Source: an uncultured Candidatus Saccharibacteria bacterium | GTDB taxonomy: Bacteria > Patescibacteriota > Minisyncoccia > Phycocordibacterales > UBA9973 | DNA length: 64,000 bases | Assembly: GCA_964496425.1 (NCBI GenBank) | Contig: CAZBZO010000001.1 | Span: 71,265 to 135,264, forward strand | Direction of reading: 5' to 3' | Shown here: positions 1 to 9,275 of the stretch, piece after piece | How positions within the stretch are numbered: the stretch's first letter is position 1 | Layout: every line of letters begins with the position of its first letter | The notes under the pieces: generated by a model | The model's input: only the letters and a program-made list of their open reading frames with translations | Database searches by the model: none | What the model was told of the DNA's origin: nothing | Position numbers and translations under genes: made by a program

Positions 1-481
1 AGTCATGCAAGACTTCGCTTCGGGCGCGACACAGATATTAGTCGCCACCTCAGTTGTGGAAGTCGGCGTCAACGTGCCAAATGCCACGGTGATCGTGATC
101 GAAGGCGCAGAGCGTTTTGGCTTGGCCCAACTCCACCAGCTCCGCGGTCGAGTGCTCCGCTCATCACACCAAGCCTATTGTTATTTGTTTGCTGAAAGTA
201 AAAGCGCAAAAACTGCTGACCGCTTAAAGGCGCTTCGTACTGCCAAAAATGGTTTTGAACTCTCCGAGCTCGACTTGGCACTTCGTGGCGCGGGCGAGCT
301 TGGCGGCGGGAAGCAATGGGGCATCACTGACCTTGGCATGGAAGCTATTAAAAATATAAAAATGGTGGAAGCTGCCCGCACCGAAGCCACCGCACTCATC
401 GCCCGCGATCCTGACCTTCACCACTACCCCGTATTAAAAACAGTCAGCGCCTCCCGCCACAACGAAATGCATTTTGAGTAG
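1..481 (+). CDS. recG: ATP-dependent DNA helicase RecG, C-terminal part (5' end outside window)
   Basis: ILVATSVVEVGVNVPNA, AERFGLAQLHQLRGRV and the TRG motif GFELSELDLALRGAGE. Confidence 0.93.
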   Translation, partial: VMQDFASGATQILVATSVVEVGVNVPNATVIVIEGAERFGLAQLHQLRGRVLRSSHQAYCYLFAESKSAKTADRLKALRTAKNGFELSELDLALRGAGELGGGKQWGITDLGMEAIKNIKMVEAARTEATALIARDPDLHHYPVLKTVSASRHNEMHFE

Positions 482-520
482 ATTGATAAAGTATGTCTTT
501 TCTTATAGACTGCATGTATC

Positions 521-594
521 CCGCCCTTAGCTCAGTTGGTTAGAGCACAGAGCTTATACCTCTGGGGTCCTTGGTTCGAATCCAAGAGGGCGGA
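521..594 (+). tRNA. tRNA-Ile, anticodon UAU; CCA not encoded
   Basis: Cloverleaf: acceptor CCGCCCT/AGGGCGG + A73, D arm GCTC..GAGC, anticodon arm CAGAG-CT TAT AC-CTCTG (TAT at 555-557), T arm CTTGG-TTCGAAT-CCAAG. Confidence 0.92.
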
Positions 595-651
595 CTCTCA
601 GAATATAGACCTTATATTAAAATCTGAATTCAACTTCTACTCTAAATAATT

Positions 652-680
652 AGAGCCGTCCATATTCCATGGACGGCTCT
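652..680. terminator. Hairpin terminator between the tRNA and the convergent 703-1941 gene
   Basis: 12-bp inverted repeat AGAGCCGTCCAT/ATGGACGGCTCT followed by TTT. Confidence 0.75.
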
Positions 681-702
681 TTTAGAAACCTGCTTCTTTA
701 AT

Positions 703-1941
703 CTACAGCTTCATTACTTTCTCTGATTCCAGACTACCATCATCGTAGTACTTGATAATGATGTATGTGTGACCTACCGGAAGCGACTGATAATAATTGG
801 GGTACTCCTCAATCGAAATCTTCACAAAACTATTTTGCGTAAGGTCCTGTATTCCCATCAATTTCAGTACAGGAAATGTAACCTTCTTTTTATTCGATGA
901 TGCCCAACATCCTCCTACGTAAATTTTTGCCAAATAATTACCGTCAACTGAGGGAGTGTAGGAAAGTCCATCAGCGCCTGAAATAACCTTTTTGCCTTTA
1001 TACCACTCTATATATCCTATAGGATGTGTGAGTGAGGCTTCTTTTATTTGAAGAAAAGGAGCTTCCGTTGTTCCTTTCTTTTTTATAACAAATTCAGGTA
1101 ATGCAACAGTATCAACTGTAATAGGATCTGGCTCATATATACAAGTATTGTTTGAAACAATAGTACATTTATATGTACCTACTCCTCCTTCAACCGAAAG
1201 CCATGTTGCAGATAGAGGCATTGCATCTTTAGTCCAGGAAACAGTGAAGTCACTCAACTCCTGTCCACCTTGGAAATCATATGCTAACCCAACCAAGCCA
1301 CCACAAATAGATACGGAATTGTTCTGTACTTCAGCTCCTACGAAAAAGGGATACTTACTTGCCATGGGAATAATAGTAGGAGGGCCTTCCACTTTTACAT
1401 GGAATGTTTCACTGCCTCCTACACATTGTCCATCAGTTCCCCCTACGCGGTAATAACCACTCTGAGATACATCAATGGTTACACCTTCATCAATAACATT
1501 GTCGTTAACATCGTAAAGCCAATAATAATCGGCTCCCGAGAGCAGTAATGGCATTGATCCACAGGCTACTCCTTCTTGTGCTGGAGTAACGTTAACTGTT
1601 GGATTAGCATTAACAGTGAAATATTTCCGTGTTGTATCCACCTGTCCTTCTGCATAATAACTCATTACTTCCACATAAAATTGACCTGCGATTCCTTCTC
1701 CATCTTCACGAGTTAATATTGAACCATAATATGTCTGGCCGAAAGCAGGATATGTTTGAGTAGTTGTACCCATATACACAACAACCCAACTATGAGCAAG
1801 CGCTGCGTTATCATCCACGACACTATATGTGTAAGGAGCTGATAAGCATTGGGTTGCACTTCCAACAAGGATAGGATTTTGAGCGGCAACATTTAATCCG
1901 ACCATCCAAAGGATGGCAATTAGGGAAAGTAGCTTTTTCAT
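703..1941 (-). CDS. Secreted Bacteroidota-like Ig-repeat protein with a degenerate T9SS-CTD-like tail
   Basis: Signal peptide MKKLLSLIAILWMVGLNVAA|QN; Ig-like segment WYKGKKVISGADGLSYTPSVDGNY; C-terminus GHTYIIIKYYDDGSLESEKVMKL; start taken at ATG 1941. Confidence 0.6.
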   Translation of the reverse strand: MKKLLSLIAILWMVGLNVAAQNPILVGSATQCLSAPYTYSVVDDNAALAHSWVVVYMGTTTQTYPAFGQTYYGSILTREDGEGIAGQFYVEVMSYYAEGQVDTTRKYFTVNANPTVNVTPAQEGVACGSMPLLLSGADYYWLYDVNDNVIDEGVTIDVSQSGYYRVGGTDGQCVGGSETFHVKVEGPPTIIPMASKYPFFVGAEVQNNSVSICGGLVGLAYDFQGGQELSDFTVSWTKDAMPLSATWLSVEGGVGTYKCTIVSNNTCIYEPDPITVDTVALPEFVIKKKGTTEAPFLQIKEASLTHPIGYIEWYKGKKVISGADGLSYTPSVDGNYLAKIYVGGCWASSNKKKVTFPVLKLMGIQDLTQNSFVKISIEEYPNYYQSLPVGHTYIIIKYYDDGSLESEKVMKL

Positions 1942-2002
1942 AAGCAATTTTGTTTTTCAATGTTCAAAAAAATAGATCGGTCGCATTCGCCGATTTGGGA
2001 GG

Positions 2003-2031
2003 ATATTAGCACATTATTTGTGATATGTCAA
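2003..2031 (-). promoter_or_regulatory. sigma70 promoter of the 703-1941 gene
   Basis: TTGACA-17 nt-TAATAT with an extended TG on the minus strand. Confidence 0.7.
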
Positions 2032-2057
2032 ATCCCTTTCTAGGGCCTACCCTGAGA

Positions 2058-2087
2058 GCACAAAATCCCCTTTCGGGGATTTTGTGC
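2058..2087 (-). terminator. ftsH terminator hairpin
   Basis: 13-bp perfect stem GCACAAAATCCCC/GGGGATTTTGTGC downstream of ftsH. Confidence 0.7.
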
Positions 2088-2141
2088 CTTATATTTATCT
2101 ATTTAAAATTCGTAATTACTAATTTATCATTAGTAATTGGT

Positions 2142-4067
2142 CTATCCCACTACTTCAAGCTTAGCTTTCTCTTCCTTTTTCTTTGGCACGATACCGTGAG
2201 CGATAATGATTGCTTCATATTCAGGCTGTTCCAGTGTTTCGACTTCAATCAATTTCTCTGCTATCGCATCGAGTGCTTTACGATGAGTCGTTATGACTTC
2301 CTTGGCTTTTATATACGCACCATCAATAATCTTTTTCACTTCAGCACCGACTTTAGCGGCTTCAGCTTCCGAGAGTTCATTGTTCACACCATTACCAAAC
2401 ATCGGTCGACCACCATCAGATTCTAGCGCCATCGGGCCTATCTCTTCGCTCATACCCCAACGCGTCACCATAGCGCGTGCCAGACTGGTCGCGACTTGGA
2501 GGTCGTTGGATGGGCCTGTCGTCGTATCATTGAAAACCATTTCTTCCGCTACGAATCCACCCATGGCCATAGCGATATCATCAAGAAATTCTTTTTTGGA
2601 TTGGAGTTTGCGATCTTCAAGCGGAAGCTTAAGGGTGTAGCCACCAGCGCGGCCGCGAGCCACGATTGAAACTTTGTGCACTGGATCAGCATACGGCAAG
2701 ACGCTTGCGACGAGTGCATGTCCAGCTTCGTGATAGGCTGTAATCTTTTTTTCTTTCAGTGAAAACAAATGACTTTTGCGCTCAGGCCCCATCATGACTT
2801 TTTCAATCGAGCGGATAAGATCAAACTGCGCCACTTTTTTACGGTCTTCCCGGGCAGCAAGTATGGCGCCTTCGTTCATAAGGGAGTACAAATCAGCACC
2901 GGAGAATCCAGGCGTGCGTTCAGCCACGAGCTTCAAATTGACATCTTCTGCCAGTGGCTTTTTGCGAGCATGAATAGTGAGTATTTCCTCGCGATCTGCC
3001 CGATCAGGTAAGTCGAGTACGACTCGGCGATCAAAGCGGCCTGGACGAAGCAGTGCCGGGTCAAGCACGTCAGAGCGGTTGGTGGCAGCCATAACAATCA
3101 CTTTTTCATTCGGCTCAAAGCCGTCCATTTCTACTAAGATTTGGTTTAGGGTTTGCTCACGTTCATCATTGCCACCGCCCACACCAGTACCACGCACACG
3201 ACCAACGGCATCTATTTCATCGATAAAGACAATGGCTGGCGCAGTGCGCTTCGCCATTTTGAAAAGATCGCGTACGCGGGAAGCGCCGACGCCAACAAAC
3301 ATTTCGACAAATTCACTACCAGAGAGATGGAAAAATGGTACGCCAGCTTCCCCTGCTACTGCACGAGCAAGCAAGGTTTTTCCGGTACCAGGTGAACCAG
3401 TAAGAAGTACGCCTTTTGGAATACGAGCGCCGATGTCGAGAAATTTTTTTGGATTTTTCAAGAAGTCGACAATTTCTTTTAGCTCTTCTTTGGCTTCTTT
3501 CACACCAGCAACATCTTTGAATGTAACACGCTGATTTTTGTCGTTGGGATCGGTAATGCGAGCTTTGGACTGGCCGAATGAAAATGCCTGCATGCCAGCA
3601 CCTTTGACTTGGCGCGAAATAAACCAAAAGAAAATAACTATAAAAATGATTGGGAGCGCAATTGGCAAAATATTGAGGAGCCAGTAGCCAGCACCAGTAT
3701 CACTTTTGATATTGATGGCGGTCTTAGCAAGCATTTCTTCCGGTACGCCATAGTTTTTTAATGTTTCTGAAAACGAACTCTCAGCTTCTTTTTTAGATTT
3801 TAAAATGGTGCCATCAATTTTCTCGATGGTGAGTTTGTCGCCGTTGACTTCAATACTTTTGACGTCCCCGATGGTAATACTTGCCGCAAGCTCCGACAGT
3901 GACACTTCGGCTACGGGCTTAGTATTAGTAGAAATGACAGTATAGAGGGCACCCAAAAGCATGAAAATGAATATCGCAAGAGCAATATGCTGCGAAAAAC
4001 GGGGCGCTGGAGCACCGGGAGGAGTCGATGGATTCTTTTCTTTTTGATTAGATAGTGGATTTTTCAT
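2142..4067 (-). CDS. ftsH: ATP-dependent zinc metalloprotease FtsH
   Basis: Two TM helices, [32 protein letters not shown]. Confidence 0.98.
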   Translation of the reverse strand: MKNPLSNQKEKNPSTPPGAPAPRFSQHIALAIFIFMLLGALYTVISTNTKPVAEVSLSELAASITIGDVKSIEVNGDKLTIEKIDGTILKSKKEAESSFSETLKNYGVPEEMLAKTAINIKSDTGAGYWLLNILPIALPIIFIVIFFWFISRQVKGAGMQAFSFGQSKARITDPNDKNQRVTFKDVAGVKEAKEELKEIVDFLKNPKKFLDIGARIPKGVLLTGSPGTGKTLLARAVAGEAGVPFFHLSGSEFVEMFVGVGASRVRDLFKMAKRTAPAIVFIDEIDAVGRVRGTGVGGGNDEREQTLNQILVEMDGFEPNEKVIVMAATNRSDVLDPALLRPGRFDRRVVLDLPDRADREEILTIHARKKPLAEDVNLKLVAERTPGFSGADLYSLMNEGAILAAREDRKKVAQFDLIRSIEKVMMGPERKSHLFSLKEKKITAYHEAGHALVASVLPYADPVHKVSIVARGRAGGYTLKLPLEDRKLQSKKEFLDDIAMAMGGFVAEEMVFNDTTTGPSNDLQVATSLARAMVTRWGMSEEIGPMALESDGGRPMFGNGVNNELSEAEAAKVGAEVKKIIDGAYIKAKEVITTHRKALDAIAEKLIEVETLEQPEYEAIIIAHGIVPKKKEEKAKLEVVG

Positions 4068-4123
4068 ATCGGGACTGTATTATACACCAAAACGCAACTG
4101 TATAAAAATGCTAGAATATGTCT

Positions 4124-4570
4124 ATGGCAACATTCTTGGAAAACCGAAAAGTCCATTTCAATTACGAAATCATCGAAAAAATCGAAGCAGGAATCGAGCT
4201 TCTTGGTCATGAAGTGAAATCAATCCGCCAAAACCACGGCTCTCTCGATGGCGCATATGTCACTATTTCCGCTGGCCAAGCATTTCTCACCAATGCCACG
4301 ATTCCGCCGTACCAGCCAGGAAATGTTGGACCAGACTACGAGCCGACCCGCAGTCGCAAACTTCTTCTCAGTAAAAAGGAAATCGAAGAACTCCGCTTAG
4401 CTAAAGATCGAAAGTCATTGACGGCAGTACCACTATCATTGTATAGTAAAGGTCCCAAAATCAAGGTCTCAATCGGCCTTGGCAAGGGAAAGAAAAAGTT
4501 TGATAAACGCGAGACGATCAAGCGACGCGAGACCGATCGCAGCTTAAGCCGGATTGCGAAAGATCATTAA
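4124..4570 (+). CDS. smpB: SsrA-binding protein SmpB
   Basis: NRKVHFNYEIIEKIEAGIELLGHEVKSIR, GKGKKKFDKRETIK; the ATG at 4124 lies 6 nt after TAGAAT (alternative start 4118). Confidence 0.96.
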   Translation: MATFLENRKVHFNYEIIEKIEAGIELLGHEVKSIRQNHGSLDGAYVTISAGQAFLTNATIPPYQPGNVGPDYEPTRSRKLLLSKKEIEELRLAKDRKSLTAVPLSLYSKGPKIKVSIGLGKGKKKFDKRETIKRRETDRSLSRIAKDH

Positions 4571-4584
4571 CAACAGAACATTTT

Positions 4585-4963
4585 GGGGATGACAGGCATC
4601 GACAAGAGCCAATCCTTTCTTATGCGTGTCGAGCTCGGATAACTCGTAAAACTTTCCGAAACCTCCAAATGCAAACGCATCTGGTACCCCATCTCCATAC
4701 GCGAAAGCCTATGGCATGGGTTTCGCACTCGCTTAAACGCGACCGCGAATGTTGCTCCACTTACGTCCGATACGTGGAAGTAGCATAATATTTTCGGGCT
4801 AGGAAATAGAGCGTGCTTGACTCTATTTTAGAAAACTAAAAGCTCGGCTAGGAACCGTTTTGTCTTTTTATGAGACTCCCAGCTTAAAACATATAAAATG
4901 ACTACACACGTAGAAGTATTTGAGGACAGCTTTTGCACGTGGATTCAACTTCCACCATCTCCA
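4585..4963 (+). ncRNA. ssrA: tmRNA; tag ANASGTPSPYAKAYGMGFALA* at 4671-4736
   Basis: 5' GGGGATG pairs with 3' CATCTCC-A (G3-U70); T-arm-like GTGGATTCAACTTCCAC; resume codon GCA after AAAT; tag ends ALA-TAA; directly after smpB. Confidence 0.92.
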
Positions 4964-5041
4964 CAAAATTAAGGAGTCAAAGACGACTATAATTTTGTAG
5001 GATGTCGCAGTACCCTGCGACGCCACAAAATATCGATACAA

Positions 5042-5070
5042 TTGACAACAGTGTACCTGCGCGATACACT
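5042..5070 (+). promoter_or_regulatory. sigma70 promoter of leader-ocd-csaA
   Basis: TTGACA-17 nt-TACACT. Confidence 0.75.
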
Positions 5071-5080
5071 CCAGTAGTAT

Positions 5081-5137
5081 ATGAGCAGAAAGTATTTTAT
5101 TTCTCACATAATGTGCCCCGTACCGGCTCCCAAATAA
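5081..5137 (+). CDS. Putative Pro-rich leader peptide MSRKYFISHIMCPVPAPK
   Basis: ATG 10 nt after the -10; Pro codons CCC/CCG/CCC cluster in attenuator segment 1. Confidence 0.65.
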   Translation: MSRKYFISHIMCPVPAPK

Positions 5138-5204
5138 CAGCCGGGGTATAGTATATTTTTATCACAATACGTTCAAGCGGCCCCGGTGAAGGGGTTTTTT
5201 ATTT
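5115..5204 (+). promoter_or_regulatory. Transcription attenuator (1:2 pause, 2:3 antiterminator, 3:4 terminator)
   Basis: CCGGCT(5123-28):AGCCGG(5139-44); GCCGGGG(5140-46):CCCCGGT(5181-87); GGCCCC-GGTGAA-GGGGTT + TTTTATTT. Confidence 0.65.
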
Positions 5205-5243
5205 ACCCATCTAAGCTGAATGTGTAATATCCAAAAAAAATAT

Positions 5244-6266
5244 ATGAAAATTTTATCCGTAGAACAAGTAGCACAGTTGATCAAAACTCACGGCATCGAG
5301 AACTATCTAAAAGATTTAATACAACAATTGCGAAGCGACTTTGGTCGTTGGCATGAATTTAACAAAATGCCTCGGCCGGCAATGCATGTACCAGGCGGCG
5401 TACTCGAGCTTATGCCGATTTGCGACAATACGTATTACACATATAAGTACGTAAACTGCCATCCCAAAAATCCCGAAAGTGGGCTTATGACCGTGGTGGC
5501 CACTGGAGAGCTTGTACGCATCGACACTGGCTATCCAATAATGATTTCTGAAATGACCGTCCTCACTGCACTTCGCACTGCAGCCACAACAGCGCTCGCG
5601 ACTGATCTTCTTTCAAGAAAAGAAAGCCACGTGCTGGCGATCATTGGCACGGGCGCGCAAAGTGAATTTTTGGTGAAAGCGATCGAACTCGTTCGTACGA
5701 TTACGGAAGTGAGATACTTCGACATAGATCCAGTGGCTATGGATAAATTTGAAAAGAACATCAAGGCAACTTCGTCGGTGATACTTGTCCCGTGTGCGAG
5801 CGCCGAAGAAGCAGTGAAGGGTGCGGATATTATTACCACTTGCACGGCCTGCAAAGCCCATGTCGATGTTATTAAAAATGATTGGGTGCTCCCCGGTGTC
5901 CACATAAACGGTATTGGCGGCGATTGCCCTGGAAAAACTGAATTAGAATTTTCCATACTATCTCGCAGTAAAATTGTTGTGGAATATTTTGACCAATGCA
6001 TCATCGAAGGCGAGATCCAGCGTCTCGGATACGACGAAGGCAAATCCCAAGTCTATGCTGAGCTTCACGAACTTGTTACCGCTGCCAAATCCGGGCGTGA
6101 GAATGAAAATGAAATTACGCTTTATGATTCGGTCGGCGTAGGACTCGAAGACTATTCGGTACTTCGGCTGACATACGAACTTGCAGAGCATTACCATGTT
6201 GGCCAAGAACTCAACCTTACTCCGGTCGTAGTCGACCCGAAGAATCTTATTTCCGTGCTCACATAA
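5244..6266 (+). CDS. ocd: Ornithine cyclodeaminase (OCD/mu-crystallin family)
   Basis: GVLELMP, KYVNCHPKNP, LTALRTAATTALA, IGTGAQSEF, GGDCPGKTEL, DSVGVGLED. Confidence 0.9.
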   Translation: MKILSVEQVAQLIKTHGIENYLKDLIQQLRSDFGRWHEFNKMPRPAMHVPGGVLELMPICDNTYYTYKYVNCHPKNPESGLMTVVATGELVRIDTGYPIMISEMTVLTALRTAATTALATDLLSRKESHVLAIIGTGAQSEFLVKAIELVRTITEVRYFDIDPVAMDKFEKNIKATSSVILVPCASAEEAVKGADIITTCTACKAHVDVIKNDWVLPGVHINGIGGDCPGKTELEFSILSRSKIVVEYFDQCIIEGEIQRLGYDEGKSQVYAELHELVTAAKSGRENENEITLYDSVGVGLEDYSVLRLTYELAEHYHVGQELNLTPVVVDPKNLISVLT

Positions 6267-6270
6267 TACA

Positions 6271-6606
6271 ATGGCAACCATAGAAGATTTTCAAAAATTG
6301 GATATACGTGTAGGAAAAATACTTGAAGTACACGACTCCCCTGAAGCAAAAAAGCCCGCATTCAAATTAAAAATAGACTTCGGCTCAGAAATCGGAGTCA
6401 AAAATTCTTCTGCTCAAATTGTCGCGCTCTATAAAAAAGAAGAATTGATGGGAAAACTAATACTTGCCGTCGTCAATTTCCCGCCGAGACAAATAGGACC
6501 TTTCCAATCTGAAGTCTTAACGCTCGGTGTTCCTGATACAGAAGGAAATGTTATTTTGATTGTCCCTGATACAGAAAATTCAATTATTGGCGGAAAACTA
6601 TTCTAA
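6271..6606 (+). CDS. csaA: CsaA / Trbp111 tRNA-binding OB-fold protein
   Basis: DFQKLDIRVGKI, SSAQI, VVNFPPRQIGPFQSEVLTLG. Confidence 0.9.
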   Translation: MATIEDFQKLDIRVGKILEVHDSPEAKKPAFKLKIDFGSEIGVKNSSAQIVALYKKEELMGKLILAVVNFPPRQIGPFQSEVLTLGVPDTEGNVILIVPDTENSIIGGKLF

Positions 6607-6676
6607 TTTCAATCCTTAAGTACGCGCTCTCAGAAATCTCTCGATACGATCGGGAGATTTCTGCTATAGTAATGGG

Positions 6677-8053
6677 ATGGAAACGCAAGCACTTCCCTCA
6701 CTCACTGTCTCAGGCTACCGTGGCATTTGGGGCGAAACACTTACGCCCGCGATCGCTGCTGAGCTTGCGAGCGCTTTTGCACATTTCGTCATTGCTCGCG
6801 CTGGCAAGCGCGTCATCATCGGCCGCGATGCTCGAGTGTCAGGACCCGAGATCAATAGCGTAATCATTGAGACCCTGACTCGAGCCGGCCTCACCGTCAC
6901 GGACCTTGGCATTGCAGCGACGCCCGCAGTGCTTTTTTTGACTCGAGATCATGGAGCAGATGGCGCGATCGTCATCACCGCAAGCCACAATCCGATCGAA
7001 TACAATGGTCTAAAGTTTGTGACGCGCGAAGGAGTCTTTCTCACCGAGAGCGAAGTACGCGAACTCGGCTCATATCTTGAATACCCTCTTGTCGTAAGCG
7101 AGCGAGTGGGCACAGCTACCAATCGTGAAGACTTACTGTCGCGTCATCGCGAACAAATACTCAAACACACCGATTGTGATCTTATACGAAAAAGAAAATT
7201 CAAAGTGGTACTTGATCCAATCAACAGTGTCGGAGCGATCGAAACACCAAAACTTCTCGAATCTTTTGGTTGCGACGTCGTCCTTATCAATGAAATCCCA
7301 AACGGCCTCTTCGCGCACGAGCCGGAACCCTTACCGAAAAATCTCGGCGACCTCGCGCGCACCGTTCGCGACGTCGGCGCTGACATAGGCTTTGCCCAAG
7401 ATCCAGACGGGGATCGTTTGGTCTTGGTCGACGAACATGGTGAGTTTGTGAGTGAAGAACACACCTTACCACTGTGTATACTTGCAGCTCTTTCCAAGAC
7501 TCCCGGCGATATAGTCATCAATCTTTCAAGTTCAAATGTAAACGAAGACATCGCGCTTCGTTTCGGAAAGAAAACATACCGCACTAAAGTCGGTGAGTCC
7601 AATGTCCTTGCTGGTATCGTAGAACATAACGCCATGATCGGCGGCGAAGGTGGAGGTGGTGTGATTTATCCGACCATGAATCCGACGCGAGACAGTTTTG
7701 TCGGTATCGCCCTTATTCTCGAGCTCTTAGCTCGCCAGAATACTACCCTCTCGACCCTTATCCAAGAGTTTCCACGCTATGTGATGATTAAAGAAAAGTT
7801 CCCAGTTTTAAAAGAACTCTCTACCTACTACAGCGACCTCACCGAGCTCTGGAAAGACGCCAAAGCGACCACCGAAGACGGTATTCGTCTCGACTGGCCG
7901 GATCGCTCATGGATCCATATTAGGCAATCCAACACCGAACCTATCATCCGTGTCATGGGGGAAGCCACAAACGAAGAACGTATTCGCTATCTTATCGACC
8001 AAACGACCGATTTCCTCTATGGTGATAAGTATTTGACTCGGCAGATTAAATAA
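6677..8053 (+). CDS. Phosphoglucosamine/phosphomannomutase family enzyme
   Basis: ITASHNP phosphoserine loop, DPDGDR metal site, GGEGGGG, IRQSNTEP. Confidence 0.9.
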   Translation: METQALPSLTVSGYRGIWGETLTPAIAAELASAFAHFVIARAGKRVIIGRDARVSGPEINSVIIETLTRAGLTVTDLGIAATPAVLFLTRDHGADGAIVITASHNPIEYNGLKFVTREGVFLTESEVRELGSYLEYPLVVSERVGTATNREDLLSRHREQILKHTDCDLIRKRKFKVVLDPINSVGAIETPKLLESFGCDVVLINEIPNGLFAHEPEPLPKNLGDLARTVRDVGADIGFAQDPDGDRLVLVDEHGEFVSEEHTLPLCILAALSKTPGDIVINLSSSNVNEDIALRFGKKTYRTKVGESNVLAGIVEHNAMIGGEGGGGVIYPTMNPTRDSFVGIALILELLARQNTTLSTLIQEFPRYVMIKEKFPVLKELSTYYSDLTELWKDAKATTEDGIRLDWPDRSWIHIRQSNTEPIIRVMGEATNEERIRYLIDQTTDFLYGDKYLTRQIK

Positions 8054-8090
8054 GCTATTATGTCCCTACCTAACGCATCTAAAAAAACAC

Positions 8091-8606
8091 TTGAGGGAAC
8101 GAATAAATCATCAAATAAAAGCACGAGAACTGAGGGTTATTGATAGCGAAGATGGTAATCTCGGTGTTTTATCCTTAGAGGAAGCGTTACGTTTGGCCCA
8201 AAGCAAAGGCCTTGATCTCATCGAGATCGGTCCAAATGCCGTCCCCCCGATCGCTAAGATCATGGATTTCGGCAAGTTCCAATACGAACAAAATAAGAAG
8301 CAAAAGAAGGCCAAAGCAGGTGCAAAAGCCACCGAGACCAAATCGATCCAGGTCAAAATAGGTACCGGCGACCATGATTTGCTCTTGAAGGCTAAACAGG
8401 CCTCAAAATGGCTTGCGGAAGGACATCGTATCCGTGTAGAGCTCTACCTCAAAGGTCGAGCAAAGTACATGGATAAAAAATTTTTGGAAGAAAGACTTGC
8501 TCGAGTGCTCCATTTGGTCACTGAGCCGCACAAGATCGCAGAAAGTTTTAAGCCATCTCCAAAAGGATACGGCATGGTGATCGAACGAGATAAAACCAGC
8601 AAATAG
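8091..8606 (+). CDS. infC: Translation initiation factor IF-3 (TTG start)
   Basis: INHQIKARELRVID, DLIEI..PPIAKIMDFGKFQYE; non-AUG start as usual for infC. Confidence 0.95.
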   Translation: MRERINHQIKARELRVIDSEDGNLGVLSLEEALRLAQSKGLDLIEIGPNAVPPIAKIMDFGKFQYEQNKKQKKAKAGAKATETKSIQVKIGTGDHDLLLKAKQASKWLAEGHRIRVELYLKGRAKYMDKKFLEERLARVLHLVTEPHKIAESFKPSPKGYGMVIERDKTSK

Positions 8607-8629
8607 TTAGTAGTTAATAGCTTATAGAT

Positions 8630-8815
8630 ATGAAAACAAACAAATCATTTTCAAAAAGATTGAAGGTAACCAAAAATGGAAAAATCATTGCCCGAACACC
8701 CGGCTTCAACCATTTTAACGCCAAACAGAATCGCGCCGAACAACTTTCCGGCCGAAAAGGACAGGCATTTATTATAAAAAACAAACCAAAAAGTCACCTT
8801 TTACCATTTAACTAG
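8630..8815 (+). CDS. rpmI: 50S ribosomal protein L35
   Basis: MKTNKSFSKRLKVTKNGK; lies between infC and rplT. Confidence 0.9.
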   Translation: MKTNKSFSKRLKVTKNGKIIARTPGFNHFNAKQNRAEQLSGRKGQAFIIKNKPKSHLLPFN

Positions 8816-8892
8816 TAATAGAAAATAGGTACTAGTAAATAGAAAATCTCTTTACCTCTCTACTAACTATTTACTACTAACTACTCACTACC

Positions 8893-9234
8893 ATGACCAG
8901 AGTCAAACGAGGAACAATTAAAAACAAGCGCCGTAAAAATGTTTTGGCGCAAACGAAGGGTTACCGCCACGGCCGAAAATCCAAAGAAGCTGCTGCTAAA
9001 GAGGCCATCCACCATGCCGGAGCCTACGCCTTCGCACATCGCCGCGACAAGAAGAGCGATCGCCGCGGAGACTGGAATGTCGTTATCAACCGCGCGGTTC
9101 GTGAACAGGACATGAGCTATTCGAAACTTATCGACAAGCTTACTAAAAAGAAAGTAACGATTAACCGTAAAATCCTCGCAGATCTAGCTGATAACCATAC
9201 TGAAACCTTCAAACGTCTCGTTGCACATCTTTAA
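8893..9234 (+). CDS. rplT: 50S ribosomal protein L20
   Basis: MTRVKRG, AYAFAHRRDKK, INRKILADLA. Confidence 0.96.
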   Translation: MTRVKRGTIKNKRRKNVLAQTKGYRHGRKSKEAAAKEAIHHAGAYAFAHRRDKKSDRRGDWNVVINRAVREQDMSYSKLIDKLTKKKVTINRKILADLADNHTETFKRLVAHL

Positions 9235-9238
9235 AAAC

Positions 9239-9264
9239 AAAAAACCGGCATATGCCGGTTTTTT
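9239..9264. terminator. Bidirectional terminator between rplT and the LOG-family gene
   Basis: AAAAAACCGGCATATGCCGGTTTTTT palindrome. Confidence 0.8.
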
Positions 9265-9275
9265 GTTTTTTAAAA

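Noticed and set aside
521-2031. Integrative element at the tRNA
   Set aside because: No integrase and no duplicated tRNA 3' end were found
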